Part shown: piece after piece, positions 14,701-26,065 of the stretch | Position numbering within the stretch: the stretch's first letter is position 1 | How the letters are laid out: the number at the start of each line of letters is the position of its first letter | Source of the DNA: Ascidiella aspersa | Taxonomy: Eukaryota | DNA length: 64,000 bases | NCBI GenBank assembly: GCA_963924565.1 | Contig: OZ004615.1 | Coordinates: 17,546,001 to 17,610,000, forward strand | Direction of reading: 5' to 3' | The notes under the pieces: generated by a model | Seen by the model: only the letters and a program-made list of their open reading frames with translations | What the model was told of the DNA's origin: nothing | Databases searched by the model: none | Program-made: the position numbers and the translations under genes

Positions 14701-17700
14701 TTGTTCGCTTCATTAGAAATTGGAATGCCCTCACTGGAGGACTGCTTTACAATAGGTGAGGATGGGATACTTTTTTCACTGCTTGACATTTCATCGTAAT
14801 CCATATCAAATTCTTCGCCTTCGTCATCACTGTTGACTGATTCTTTTATTGAATCAGTTTCAATAAGTTGGTCATCGTTTGTTTTAAAAGCTTCGTTTTC
14901 AGAATCAGATGAGGCCACCGACAAACTCTCAGTTTCACTTTGCTCTGTGGAATGCTTGTCATTGATTTCAAGATTTCCTTGAAGCGTAACATCTTCATTT
15001 AATTTTGGAGCATCAGTTATATCCTTAACTGTGTTTTGCTTCACTTGCGATGTATTTATTTCTTGGATATTGTTTTTATTTAAAAGTTCTGGGTCATTGC
15101 TGGGTTCATTAGCGATTTCCCCCTCGACTGGCAGTAAAATAGGATTTTTTAATTCTTCTGCTTCACATGAATTGCTTTGAGAAGAAATTTCTTCTGTCAT
15201 TGAATTGACAGCATCACATTTATTTTCATCCTCAATTTTATTTTCAGAAATTGCCACATCTTCAGCATCCGATAACTCATCCATTTCAAATTCTTCACCT
15301 TGGTCGCTGTCTGTTGATGTATCACTTTCAACTTGGACCTCAGTTTCATTAACCGGAGGATTGCTTTCAATAGTTTTAATTTCAGTTGGTGCATCATCAC
15401 CAGAAAAATCTGTTGTAGTATCAACAACCTCATCCATTGGTTGAAAACCTGATGATTTTACTTCAGTTTTCTCTAAATTGATTCCATTTTCGCTCTCAAT
15501 TTCATGGTCTATCACACCAGTGGTTTCACTCATTTCTGTATCAGCAACACTGTCTTCCACAAAACTGTGGATGACATCATCAGTCTCCTTTTGCTCGTTT
15601 AATGTCTCTGGTAGATGTTCTAAAGTTTCATCAACCGCAACCTCATAGGCAAGATTTTCTAGCTGTGTACCATCAGCAAGATTTGATGCTTGGTTGTGAA
15701 CATCAACATCCTCTTCAGAACAACTGGTTTCAGATTTATCAGACTTTACACTTGGTTCAGTATTTTGAACTTCTGTATTTGAAAACTGAACAGTGTCAGA
15801 CATATTAGAAGCATCTTTGTGATTAGCATTCACAGTGGGGACGTCTTGTAAAGTTTCAGACATTTCCTCATCACTTGTCAAACCTTCTTCTATCTCAAAT
15901 TCATCACCTTCAGAATCACTGCTTGAAGATTCACTAGATTCACTTGAGTTGTCATCATCGTCGCTAAGTAAAACAGTTTCAAATTCAGGTTCAGTGGGCG
16001 ATAAGAGTTTAGCATCATTTTGCAAACTTACGTCAGTGTTTTTATTTATTTCAGAATTTTCTACAGGCAAATCATCTTTTTTGTTACTGCTTGTTGTTTC
16101 TTCTTCCGATAAACTGCTGTCACCATCCTCTTTTATAATAGGTGAAATAAAGTCATCATTTTCTAGCTGTTTTGTATAGTCAGTAACATGTTGCTCTGCC
16201 AAATTATGTTCAAGGGTGACAATAGTTTTGGTTTCTGGAATGTCTGCTTCATCTTTTATAATAGGTGAAATAACGTCATCATTTTCAAGCTGTTTTGATA
16301 AGTCAGTAACATGTTGCTCTGCCAAATTATGTTCAAGGGTGACAATAGTTTTGGTTTCTGAAATGTCTGCTTCATCTTTTACAGAACTAGATTGCTGTTG
16401 AATGCCATCAACTATTTCAGAAACAATAAGTCTGATGATGTCATCAGCTATTTCATGCTGCAAAGGTAAACTTATACTTGAAACTTCCATGGATTCCGGA
16501 TCAATTTCCGCACTAGTTTCCTCTCCATTGCTTTCTGAATTTATGCTTTCTTCTGGATATGGTGACTGCATGCTTGACTCACACTTGGACTGGGTCATGA
16601 CATTAATATCAGCACTGATTTCACTCTCACTGTTGGTTTCGCAGCTATTGTTTGTATTTTGCTTAACAACAGCCATTTCCTCAGTATCTCTAGCATTTTC
16701 AGAACTATATTCTGATTGTTCAATTGTATTTATGACATCGGAATTGCCATCACTTTTTGCTAGCGCATCTGTATCATCAAAATTGCCTTTCATAACAGAT
16801 TGGTTTGTTTCATCCTCAGATATATCCAAGTTTAAATCCATTTTATCAGAATTACGGGAATCTAAAGTGTCGTCTGATAAGACAGTTCCAGACATGCTAA
16901 CTTGAATAATAGGAATGGGAATATTTTGATACACACCCAGTTCCTGATAAGCAGAGTTAATAATTAAACCTGTAAGTTCAGAGGCTTGTTTGTTTAGGTG
17001 GGATGGTATCACAGAATAATTGTGTTCGGTATCAGTTTCTTCTTTTATTGTCAAACCTTTATCATTTGAGGTTTCACTGTTTTGGGAAACATCTGACTTG
17101 CAACTGTCACTTTGGACACTATGCTCAATGTCAGAACTGTAGTCTGCTTCGTGCTCTTGATTGTCTATATCTTTAGACACACTGTCTACTACTGAAGAAA
17201 TACAATTGGTAACATCAGATGTAACCGCTTTTCTATCATAATCCATAATTTCATTAGAATTTGACGGCAAAATTACATCCACATTTCCTTCAGCAGGCTG
17301 TTGTAACAGCATACCTGTGTCTTGTAAAGGCTGTTGATTAGCATTTTTACCTGGTAACTGATTATCTACAGGTAACGTCCGATGTATTTCAGCTAAAATC
17401 TCAGCACCACTTGGTGTTTGTCTTTCTTCTAGACTGGAATCCACAGTAGCTTGTGTTTCCTGTTGTAACGTTGTATTTATTTGCGCAGCGATTGGCGGTG
17501 CAGTGCTATTTTCTGTTGTTACATCAGATGAAGGGTCGTTCCCCATTTTGAAGTGTCTGCTGTCGTCGACCACCAATCTGAATGAACAACGCTTCTTGGA
17601 AAAACCTTGCCTGTCAGGGGAGGTGGAAGAATCCAGTTCTGAAGCAAGCCCACTTCCTTGTGCTACATCTAGCAGTGTGCATGATAGTCGAGCTGCAGTG

Positions 17701-20700
17701 TTGTCGGCGTTCAGGGCGTCACGGGTACCAGCGACACTTGATTTCCCCTGCACATTATGAATATTTTCATGCACTGAGTCAACTTCCTGAGTGGCTTCTT
17801 GCCTGGATTTCTTATCCAAATCAATAGATATCTTGGTACTGTTGAGGCTGCTGTGAACTTTATCTGTATTGCCACTTTGCAGATCACTCACTTCCAATTG
17901 TTTTTCTAAGAGTGCTTCAAAAAGGCTAGTTGAATCAAAGCTTAAGGGTGCAGTTTCATCAAAATCAGAGGGCATGTCACAAGTTATGTAAAGTATTTTA
18001 GATTTCCGATTGCCAGAGGAACTTGTTTCAATGTGTTCTGACTCTTCAATGACCTCTAGTATGTCAATCATTGTGTCAGATCTCTTATTTTGCTCATTAT
18101 CACAGAATGACCCCTCATTTGTATCTAAATTTTGTGGCTCACCGATAGGACTGCGATGTCGTGCAGTTGTTGAGCTCAAAGTCTTACTAGTTCGTTGCTG
18201 GGTTAGTTTTGGCGATGCATCACTTTCACTGCTGCTCAGAGTCCCACTAGAACCTCTGTCAGAGCTTTTTTTCTGTACTTTCCCAGAGTCTTGAGAAGTG
18301 CCAGGTTCAGAAACCACATTTTTTCGTTGCTGATTTCCCATTATTAGTGAGAGACAAACTTGTGCTATTTTGGAAATTGCAACTGGTGGAAAGGCAAAAC
18401 ACACAAAGCAGTTTTGTTAATCTATAGGTCCTGAGAAACTATAAAAGTTCTTCCTAAAATCCATTGTCTGGCATCATATGCAAAATAAAGAGAAGTAAAT
18501 AAACAGGGTTTTTTAATTCCTTTGTAAAAACTGTTTAGTGTTGGTTAACTGACTTAGATACTAAATGGTGCAAGATAATAGCAGCCCAACAGTCATGGCA
18601 AAATGTATAAAAGTATGAAACCCATCTCAGTGTTGCACTTATTCCGATAACAATTTAAAGCATTATACACAAATTATAGAGGCAATACAGGTAATCTTTA
18701 GCTATTTAAATTCATCTAACATAAAGTACAAATCTTCCAATACATAACTTTAGTTAATTGATTTTATTAGACCAATGTTAAGTTACTGGCTGTACATACA
18801 ATGGGTTGCACTGACTTTACCTATAAATACCCTCAACTCAATGTTACAGCTAGCAACTGAAAGCACAGTCCAGTTGATACAAGGTATCTTTACTAAAACA
18901 ACAACATAACATGACAGTTACCTACAACACTACAAGGGCAGATATTAAAGCCAATTACAATAAAATGACTACCATTAAAATTACCCAACACAAAAAATAA
19001 AGCACAATAGAACTGTCAGCAAAACACTCAATTTTATTTTATACAATACTATAAATAGCTAATTAAAATGGGAAAAATAGTATTTATAAAATATTATTTG
19101 CAACTTGGCATTTATATATGCTTTTAATCTAGGGACTAAACCAACAATTAAACATGCTGTGAACAGTCATCTGAAGGCTTAGCAAGCACAGTCACCAATC
19201 CCACTTTGTAACTTACAAAACATATCCAGGCGCAGGCTAAATATTTACCAGGCCAAAATCAGGAAACACACCTACTCAGTTACATGGTTTACTAATGCGG
19301 CTTTTATAGAGGCACTGACGCAAGGAACATATAAGAGCAAGTGACCATAATAATCCAAATGACTAATTCAATTATACATCTTCAAAGAACAGAACAGGCC
19401 TTTCACTCATCAGCCTTTAAATGGTGACAGTTAAAAGAGTTGAAATAAGTCTCAGAAAAAATAAATCAGTTAAACAAAAGTCGCTACAGTGGGCGGTGGG
19501 TTTTGTTTAGTTACTTGAATAAACCTTTGTTCATTCATAATGAAAAAAGTCAGTTTTTTATGAATAGTATTATAGTAACTGCATTGTAACCTTTGTTTGG
19601 CATTCTAGACTTAACAAAAACATCCAACTGCTGAAAACAGACTACTATTTCTCCTGTAAAATATCAAGTTAAGAATGTTCATGGTCAAATCATTTCATTT
19701 ATAAAAATTAAAAAACTTGGATCAACGTTTAAATTAAATATAAGCCCTCTACAGTCAAATATCCAAACACTTTTTTTTAAACAATTCCATTGACAAAACT
19801 AATTGTATTTTTTTTACAAGTTTTTAACTATTGTAGAAAATAACCAACAAAAATTTAACAAATAACTGACATTAAACAACAAAATATTAAAAAAACAATA
19901 AACAAGACCTAATTAGCTTTTATACAGGCAGCATTTTATACAATGAATGTTCAACTGAATGTACATACAATAGCAATGGCAAGTTAAACATACCCATTCA
20001 ACCATGAGGCCTTTAAGCTAAAAAGGCACGCTTTGCCAACAAAGAAAGGTTTTTCATTTGAACATAACACTATAGGGAACTCAAGGTATAAAAGGTTAGC
20101 AGAATAGACTACCTAAACTAACTGTCTGCTTTTAATGTCACTTAAACCCTGCTGTGCTAGACAATCTAAGACTCCATTTAGTCAGGAGTTCTAAAGTAAA
20201 CAAGAGGTCAAAGCAAATAAGCAAGCATGTGCTTTCTTTCTGTCACAGATCTTAGTAGATCATTAACTGAAACACGTCCTTTTGAGAAATGACCAACAGA
20301 CAATTGAGTTTTTGTCCTATTCTTTAAGGGGACTAAAATTTGTGGGCTAATAAAAACCATGTCCTGAATATATATATATTTATATATTTACAATAAGCAA
20401 TATTACAATTAATAGTCTAACAGAAAACTTAAATCATGGCCTATAAAGGAAAATCCATACAATATTTATTCCTGTTAACTGACTTAGCATAGCTCTAGAA
20501 TAGCAGACATTTGCTGGAGAGTAATATTTCAAAATAGGTGCTTTCACTGTAAGTCATAATAAAATATTTATGATCTGCCTTTAAAAGCCATAAATACTGT
20601 TCGTGCAAAGTTTCCACCTGAAAACATGTAACATAACACATACGGTGATGTGGGTTTTATTAGCTGAAAAAACTGTGCATTCACTTTCTGTTGGGTACAG

Positions 20701-23700
20701 ACTTTAACAGTCAGTAGACATAAAAATAATTGATCACATAAATAACAAATTAATACCGTTTGCAAATAATAACATTTTGAAGGATGTTAAGTGTTTCCTG
20801 TTGTGAATAAAACAGTATGAACATGTACACGAACGCTATAAAGACCAGAACAAAAGCATGCCTAATTAACTTTTGTTATCTATATAATGGTACATTGTAT
20901 GTTTTGTAGAACATGCTAAATAAATTAGTTTGTGCTAGCTCAAACTACCAGTTATAAATGGCCTAGCACAGAGATAGTAAACTACTGACCCGCAGGCAAA
21001 ATTATCAATTATCCTAGGTTTTCAGCATCCCAATTTTTATTTTAAAATTACTAAAAGTACTATGAAGTAAAAAAGTATTTATAACAAGGCACTGTTAAAA
21101 ATACTGTTTTTTACAGCATGGAGGCCCATGACAAACATATCTCAACACCATAAAAAATTTGTTGCACCTTTTTTAAACCTTGTTACTTTTTTATACGAGT
21201 GCAAACCCTAATTTTCATAACTTAATTCAATACAAATAATTATACAGAATTTGTTCCAGCCTAGTAGTTGTATCACCCTAGCATTGGAGCAAACTAGACT
21301 ATATAAGTCTATTTTTTTACTCAACAAATTACCTCAGCAAAAAAATTTATAGCTTTAAATATTTCCACTCATAGGGTGATAAAAATCACAATAAAATTGG
21401 TGTTTTCTTCCAAATTTAGCTCATTTTGTATAATATGAGATTATTGGATAATATAATTATAAAGGGGTTCTCTGACGAAAGAACTCAGAAGAACCCCTTT
21501 ATAATTATATAGTGCCTGGCAGAAACAGTATATTCAATATAATTATAGCTGTTGCCTACCCGAGAATTCAGGAGCTGAGTTCTTGCACTTTTGTCATCCC
21601 AATCTCTTTCTGTCTTATCTTGTGCCTGCAAAATAAGAATAGAATAAACAATGGGAATTGTAACAAATTCTATTGATTTCATATTATTTGTTTTATAAAG
21701 TATTTATTTAAACTTGTGTCACATTCCTAGATAATAATACTTATAATTAGTGAAATCTATCTGCATTTGCAAATCGGAAGTACTACCTTTGAAAATGCAG
21801 TTAGCAAGTTTTAATATATATTTATCAAATAGCATGATTGTTTATAATTCGAAAACAATATTGCTGATAAATTATAAACAATTATGATTTTCGCATTTTG
21901 TCCAAATCATGTTTGTCCAAATGCAACATTTAACAAAAAAATGTTACATTTAACTTGAAATAAATAATTAACACAAAAGTTGAAAATGTAAAACCTGTAA
22001 AAAAAGTAAAAACTTTTTACAAAAACCTCAGTTAAAAGATTAAGACTGCCTTCAGAAGGCATTAATAAATGCAAAAATTCATTATTTACATTAAATAATA
22101 AACAGCCATTTCTTCACAGGAATATCACTAAATCAACAATAATATTTACAAACTTTTTAAATGTTGTTATGCACAAATGTTATATCTAAGATACATAACC
22201 AAAACATAAATGCAGAAAGAAAGTACATAAAACCATGAGCTTTGTTTTTAATTCTATGGAACCAACAATCAGCAGAGGCATATATAATAAATCTTATTAA
22301 CATGAGTATAGTATTATAAGATTATTACTTTTAACTATGCAAGGTTAATTTCGCCCTTTAGGTTAATGTAAAGGCATTTTCTATTACTAAACTTCAAGTG
22401 CAAAATAGATCAAATACTTTTACAATATTATATTTATACCTGCAAAAAAAAGCAACAGCTTTTGCAGAGCTGACCAAAACAACCAAGCATAATTGAACAG
22501 TACCAATGGCAGAAGCAAAAATACACTACTCTAGAGGGAAAACTACTCCGTTATTAATAAGGACACTGAATTGATCGCACAGACAACCCATGTAGGCACT
22601 CAGAAGAAAAAAATCGACAAAAGTCAACTCTGATTAATGCATTTGCTTCCTGTCCGATGCAGAATGAATTGAAGTTCTTTGCGATAAATAATCTTAGTCA
22701 CTTGTGCGCAATGCCAAATCTCTCAGATTTAATCACAATCAGGCAGAATTGATGAGAACTCAACAAATATAGGATGCAATATGTTGCAATATAAGTTATT
22801 TGTTTGGTTTGTTGTGGTAATGAGCTGTTGAGAATCACAATTTAAAACCAGTGTTTAAAAAACATATATATATAAATGATTGAAAAAAATGCCTTTCTGT
22901 TATGCTGTTTGATCAACAACAAATGAAAAAAAATAAGTGTTTATTTTTAAAAACTTGTTTCAACAAGGTGAAAAAAAAGTTAAGTTAAATATGAGATGTC
23001 AAAACTAAATTTTCACATTTTTAAAACATTCAATCATTAAAAAAAATATAATGGGTTAAAAAAATTAATAGTAGTAAAAAAGAATCTACCAAAAGAAATC
23101 CTAATTGTGAGATATTTGTACAGCGTAAATTTGAAAAAAGCAAATATTGGCAGTGTACGGTTTCTTTACTAAGGAATAATCTATTGGGCAACTGAAAATG
23201 TATCTCTACTGCCATCTGGTGAAAATATTTATTAATAGACTGACAAAGTGTATGCATGGTATACAACAGGTTATGTAGTAGCTACCTGTAACATTTAAAA
23301 TCTGCCTTGAGTTGTTCTACATGCTAAAGAGAAATAAAATGGAAATAAAAAATGTTAGGAAAAAATGTTGAAATTTTTAATCATGCAACAAAAAATAATT
23401 TATAAAATTAATAGTTAAGTACAACATAAACACAGGGATATTATGTTAAAAAACAAAAGAAAAAATGCTGCGTTTAGTTTGAACAAAGGTGTTTTATGTT
23501 TCTTATTTATTTTACTCACTCTGTAAAACAGTTTAAAGAATGGCAATCCTCTTAGACTTCCCTGTGCTCCCTGAGAAGAACAAATGTAACCCAGTGCATA
23601 AATGTATTCCCAAGTGTGAAAAAAACATTACCTGACATGCCCTCAATAGATTATTGGACAAAAAAGGTCGCTGCATGTTTGTTTCAAATAGATTAAATGA

Positions 23701-26065
23701 TTGGCACTTTGAGCGTTTAAATAAGGAAGTAAAATACTATTGGCCAGAGTCAACCCACGAGTTTTTGCCCACATCATGAAGTCATGCAAATTGATAACAA
23801 ATGGTGTCAATTTAAACTAAATCAAATTAACCTAAAAATCCGCTGAAACAAAAGCATTTCGCTAAATTTAATCATTGTGGCTGTTTAAAACCAATCACAC
23901 AAAACATACATATTATTTGATTTACTATTTTATCCCAAAACTTCAAACGTTTTGTTTGAAGCTTACATTTTACCTTATACAGTCTTTATAATAGATTCAC
24001 TGACCTGGATAATGCATTACTCATCAAGGGCAAGCACCATGTACATACATATACACAATACACATATATTTTTAGCGGGTATGGACATTTAAAAAGACAA
24101 TTAATCCATTTATGTAACACAATGACATTGAAAAGTTTTTTATCAAGCTTAGCTATTATTTAAATTATATATACATTTAACTTAAAGATAGTAGCCAAAT
24201 GAACTCTGAAAGATTTGGCCAGCACAAACATATGCATGGCAGATAACATTCTAAAAGTTACCTAATTAATCATGCAGACACCAAATGTGATTAACACCAA
24301 ATTAAGCTGATAAACATACACTTTAAAGGTCATTAATCACGTTTTAAGATATGAAAACAACCCCCAAATAATGTAAACCTGAAATTTAAATTCGGAAAAT
24401 TGTTGCTGCAATGTAAACCTTATTTTAAAAAAGTGTTATTACAGTGGTGATTAATGAAATGATTTTTTTAAACACCTAGCTTTATACAAAAGATAGTTTA
24501 ACACTAAAATATCTGTGCCACAATATACTGGTTATTCTTTAATGCACAGATTTGTTATTCAAACATCTTTTGAGATAAAATGATCAACCCATAATTCAAT
24601 TATTTAGGCAAGGTGCTTAAAGAAATTGGATAAAGCACAGTAATTGCAAGTTAAGTTTTACTGCTACAAAACATTCTTCTGTGTTTCTAGAAATAATTGT
24701 ATTTAGCAAAATACTTCTAATTTAAGACTAATTTAGGTTAGACAGCATAAAAAAAATTGTACAGCAACAAAAATCTTGCTTTTTAGAAATGTAAATAAAA
24801 AGAACTTGTGAAATGTAAAATCTGTTAGTAATTAGCAAAATGCAGCCTTATAAAAATACATTTGCAAACTTATAATTGTTTCCTCACAGCTAAAGACCTT
24901 TTCCGAAACTTGACACTCGCGAAGTAAAATTTGGTGATAGCTTCCACGATAAAATTGACAAAATATAGCGGTTCCAATTTCACAACAAAAAGGCAAAATT
25001 GGATTCGAATCCAAGGAAACGACATTCTTCTTCGGACAAACCTAATTGTGGAAATTTTATTTGTCTCGATAGCATAAGTAGTGTCAAAGGCTACATGTTT
25101 GCAGTTTGGATGTGTTAATTGTTTCGCAGTTGTTGGCTTGTGACATCTGTTCCTAATTTGCATGAAAAAAATGGCCACCTATAAACCTATTAAAGATTTT
25201 TCAAAAATTGTTAAGTTTCACCGCGGTTATTGGCCTATTGCAAACAAATAAATGATTGAGCATTAATAAAGACCAATAAACTATTAAAATGTGATTTCGC
25301 TTATTAAACTTACTTCACGTTGTTGACGCTCTAATTCCCTCATCCTTATTTCTCTTGCTTCAATTCTGGCAGCTCTCTTCTGGGCAAGACGAGCTTCTGC
25401 CTAAAAGTGGGGTATTGCCAAAAAAATGAATATTATTACAATAACTATACGCCACATTTTTTTAATTGGTAAACTTTAAAACATAATTTTTTTCAGGGAG
25501 TTAGACAATATTTGTTTTAGCATTAGAAGATTTAGTTCATAAAAAATACCGCAATAATGGTATATCGTATACCACTAAATTTATCACCAACATTGGGCAT
25601 AGGCATCGATCCGAAATAATTTGGCATCGCAATTTTTCAGTTGTTAAATATTAGCAAACTAATTGTAATTCTGTGATTTGTTTTTATGTATGTGACTATT
25701 TTTACATTTCAAACAATTAAAAACGAGCTGAAGAATTCATATAGGTGTTAATAAAAAAAAGGGAAGAATAAACACAAATATTGTGTTTTAAAGCATCTTA
25801 GACACTTAACTGTGCACAGACAAATACTTGTTTAAAAATGTTGCGTTAATCTAAAATGTTGTAGAACAAACAGTTGTTGATAAAATCTATGTGAAGAAAA
25901 ATATCTTAAAATTAGACAAAACTACAAACAACGCATCACACAAAACCATTCATATTATCACACCTCTTTAGCAATTTGACTTAGAGTTTCATCTTCAGCG
26001 TTGTGTGTCCTTCCAGTGCGACGCCGACCTGCACTACTTGGACCATTTGTGCTTGAGCTTGACAT
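5800..26065 (-). CDS. LRRFIP2: Leucine-rich repeat flightless-interacting protein (LRRFIP1/2 family, most LRRFIP2-like); spliced CDS ~461 aa with both cassette exons
   Basis: Phase-consistent GT-AG exons: 26065-25964 ([17 protein letters not shown]), 25400-25314 ([29 protein letters not shown]), 21625-21560, 12798-12673, 12145-11975 (..[25 protein letters not shown]..), 11405-11313 (..LRQRDELIQ), 10540-10448, 10282-10214, 9933-9816 (..LEEAGEGPL), 9345-9296 ([11 protein letters not shown]..), 8619-8505, 6850-6771 ([13 protein letters not shown]..), 6579-6475, 5910-5800 ([25 protein letters not shown]..stop). These match recalled vertebrate LRRFIP motifs ([48 protein letters not shown]). A single pro-ortholog of LRRFIP1 and 2 is possible. 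Confidence 0.93.
10214..10540 (-). CDS. Two frame-preserving LRRFIP cassette exons: 93 nt (10540-10448) and 69 nt (10282-10214)
   Basis: ttttag|[31 protein letters not shown]|gtaccc and gtgtag|[23 protein letters not shown]|gtaaga, both phase 0-0. The first resembles the recalled vertebrate LRRFIP2 segment DLQETLLWKDKKIG-AL. Confidence 0.75.
10811..11128. mobile_element. Non-autonomous hAT-type MITE, 318 bp
   Basis: TIRs CAGGGCTGTGGAGTCGG / CCGACTCCGCAGCCCTG; perfect 8-bp TSD GTTATGAC; subterminal ccgagtccgactccg repeats. Confidence 0.9.
14361..18341 (-). CDS. Giant (~4 kb) acidic, Ser/Glu/Asp-rich, predicted disordered ORF in an LRRFIP intron, same strand; probable alternative giant exon or nested gene
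   Basis: 1347-codon stop-free frame (14361-18404) in AT-rich DNA. First ATG at 18341 (MGNQQRK..). Strong acceptor tgtgttttgcctttccaccag ends at 18383. Weak phase-0 donors after 14394 (AAT|gtaaaa) and 14388 (AAA|gtatat) are in frame with exon 12798. Confidence 0.8.
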   Translation of the reverse strand: MGNQQRKNVVSEPGTSQDSGKVQKKSSDRGSSGTLSSSESDASPKLTQQRTSKTLSSTTARHRSPIGEPQNLDTNEGSFCDNEQNKRSDTMIDILEVIEESEHIETSSSGNRKSKILYITCDMPSDFDETAPLSFDSTSLFEALLEKQLEVSDLQSGNTDKVHSSLNSTKISIDLDKKSRQEATQEVDSVHENIHNVQGKSSVAGTRDALNADNTAARLSCTLLDVAQGSGLASELDSSTSPDRQGFSKKRCSFRLVVDDSRHFKMGNDPSSDVTTENSTAPPIAAQINTTLQQETQATVDSSLEERQTPSGAEILAEIHRTLPVDNQLPGKNANQQPLQDTGMLLQQPAEGNVDVILPSNSNEIMDYDRKAVTSDVTNCISSVVDSVSKDIDNQEHEADYSSDIEHSVQSDSCKSDVSQNSETSNDKGLTIKEETDTEHNYSVIPSHLNKQASELTGLIINSAYQELGVYQNIPIPIIQVSMSGTVLSDDTLDSRNSDKMDLNLDISEDETNQSVMKGNFDDTDALAKSDGNSDVINTIEQSEYSSENARDTEEMAVVKQNTNNSCETNSESEISADINVMTQSKCESSMQSPYPEESINSESNGEETSAEIDPESMEVSSISLPLQHEIADDIIRLIVSEIVDGIQQQSSSVKDEADISETKTIVTLEHNLAEQHVTDLSKQLENDDVISPIIKDEADIPETKTIVTLEHNLAEQHVTDYTKQLENDDFISPIIKEDGDSSLSEEETTSSNKKDDLPVENSEINKNTDVSLQNDAKLLSPTEPEFETVLLSDDDDNSSESSESSSSDSEGDEFEIEEGLTSDEEMSETLQDVPTVNANHKDASNMSDTVQFSNTEVQNTEPSVKSDKSETSCSEEDVDVHNQASNLADGTQLENLAYEVAVDETLEHLPETLNEQKETDDVIHSFVEDSVADTEMSETTGVIDHEIESENGINLEKTEVKSSGFQPMDEVVDTTTDFSGDDAPTEIKTIESNPPVNETEVQVESDTSTDSDQGEEFEMDELSDAEDVAISENKIEDENKCDAVNSMTEEISSQSNSCEAEELKNPILLPVEGEIANEPSNDPELLNKNNIQEINTSQVKQNTVKDITDAPKLNEDVTLQGNLEINDKHSTEQSETESLSVASSDSENEAFKTNDDQLIETDSIKESVNSDDEGEEFDMDYDEMSSSEKSIPSSPIVKQSSSEGIPISNEANNAAIVDENLVLENTIETNADALSMGDPTQLENSIDTKLDNNGNENSNNAAHSAAENDPLTEKDSQILKEISQRQQDRTNNLATKGNQVFTLREKDANSKSIWNVKVYQNLNFC
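16135..16380 (-). repeat. 123-bp (41-aa) in-frame tandem duplication within the giant ORF
   Basis: KDEADI(S/P)[31 protein letters not shown] twice; offset exactly 123 nt (16201 vs 16324). Confidence 0.95.
21450..21547. mobile_element. Short fold-back insertion, probably a diverged member of the same family, with 12-bp TSD
   Basis: atataattataaaggggttct-ctga..tcag-a-agaacccctttataattatat. Contains CTGACGAA. Tail agtgcctggcag. Direct repeat aatataattata at 21450-21461 and 21536-21547. Confidence 0.5.
23520..23570 (-). CDS. Candidate 51-nt LRRFIP cassette exon ([17 protein letters not shown])
   Basis: Acceptor ttgttcttctcag and donor gtgagt. Only the phase-0 frame is open. TGCATG on the minus strand at 23382-23387 in the downstream intron. 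No homology support. Confidence 0.4.

Noticed and set aside
14560-18294. Several plus-strand Ser/Leu-rich ORFs of 60-167 aa
   Set aside because: Antisense shadows of the giant minus-strand ORF.
24870-25178. 102-codon minus-strand ORF starting right after a TAG acceptor, in phase with the 25400-25314 LRRFIP exon (possible short terminal exon)
   Set aside because: Random-looking sequence, no recognisable homology and no nearby AATAAA; unsupported without RNA data.
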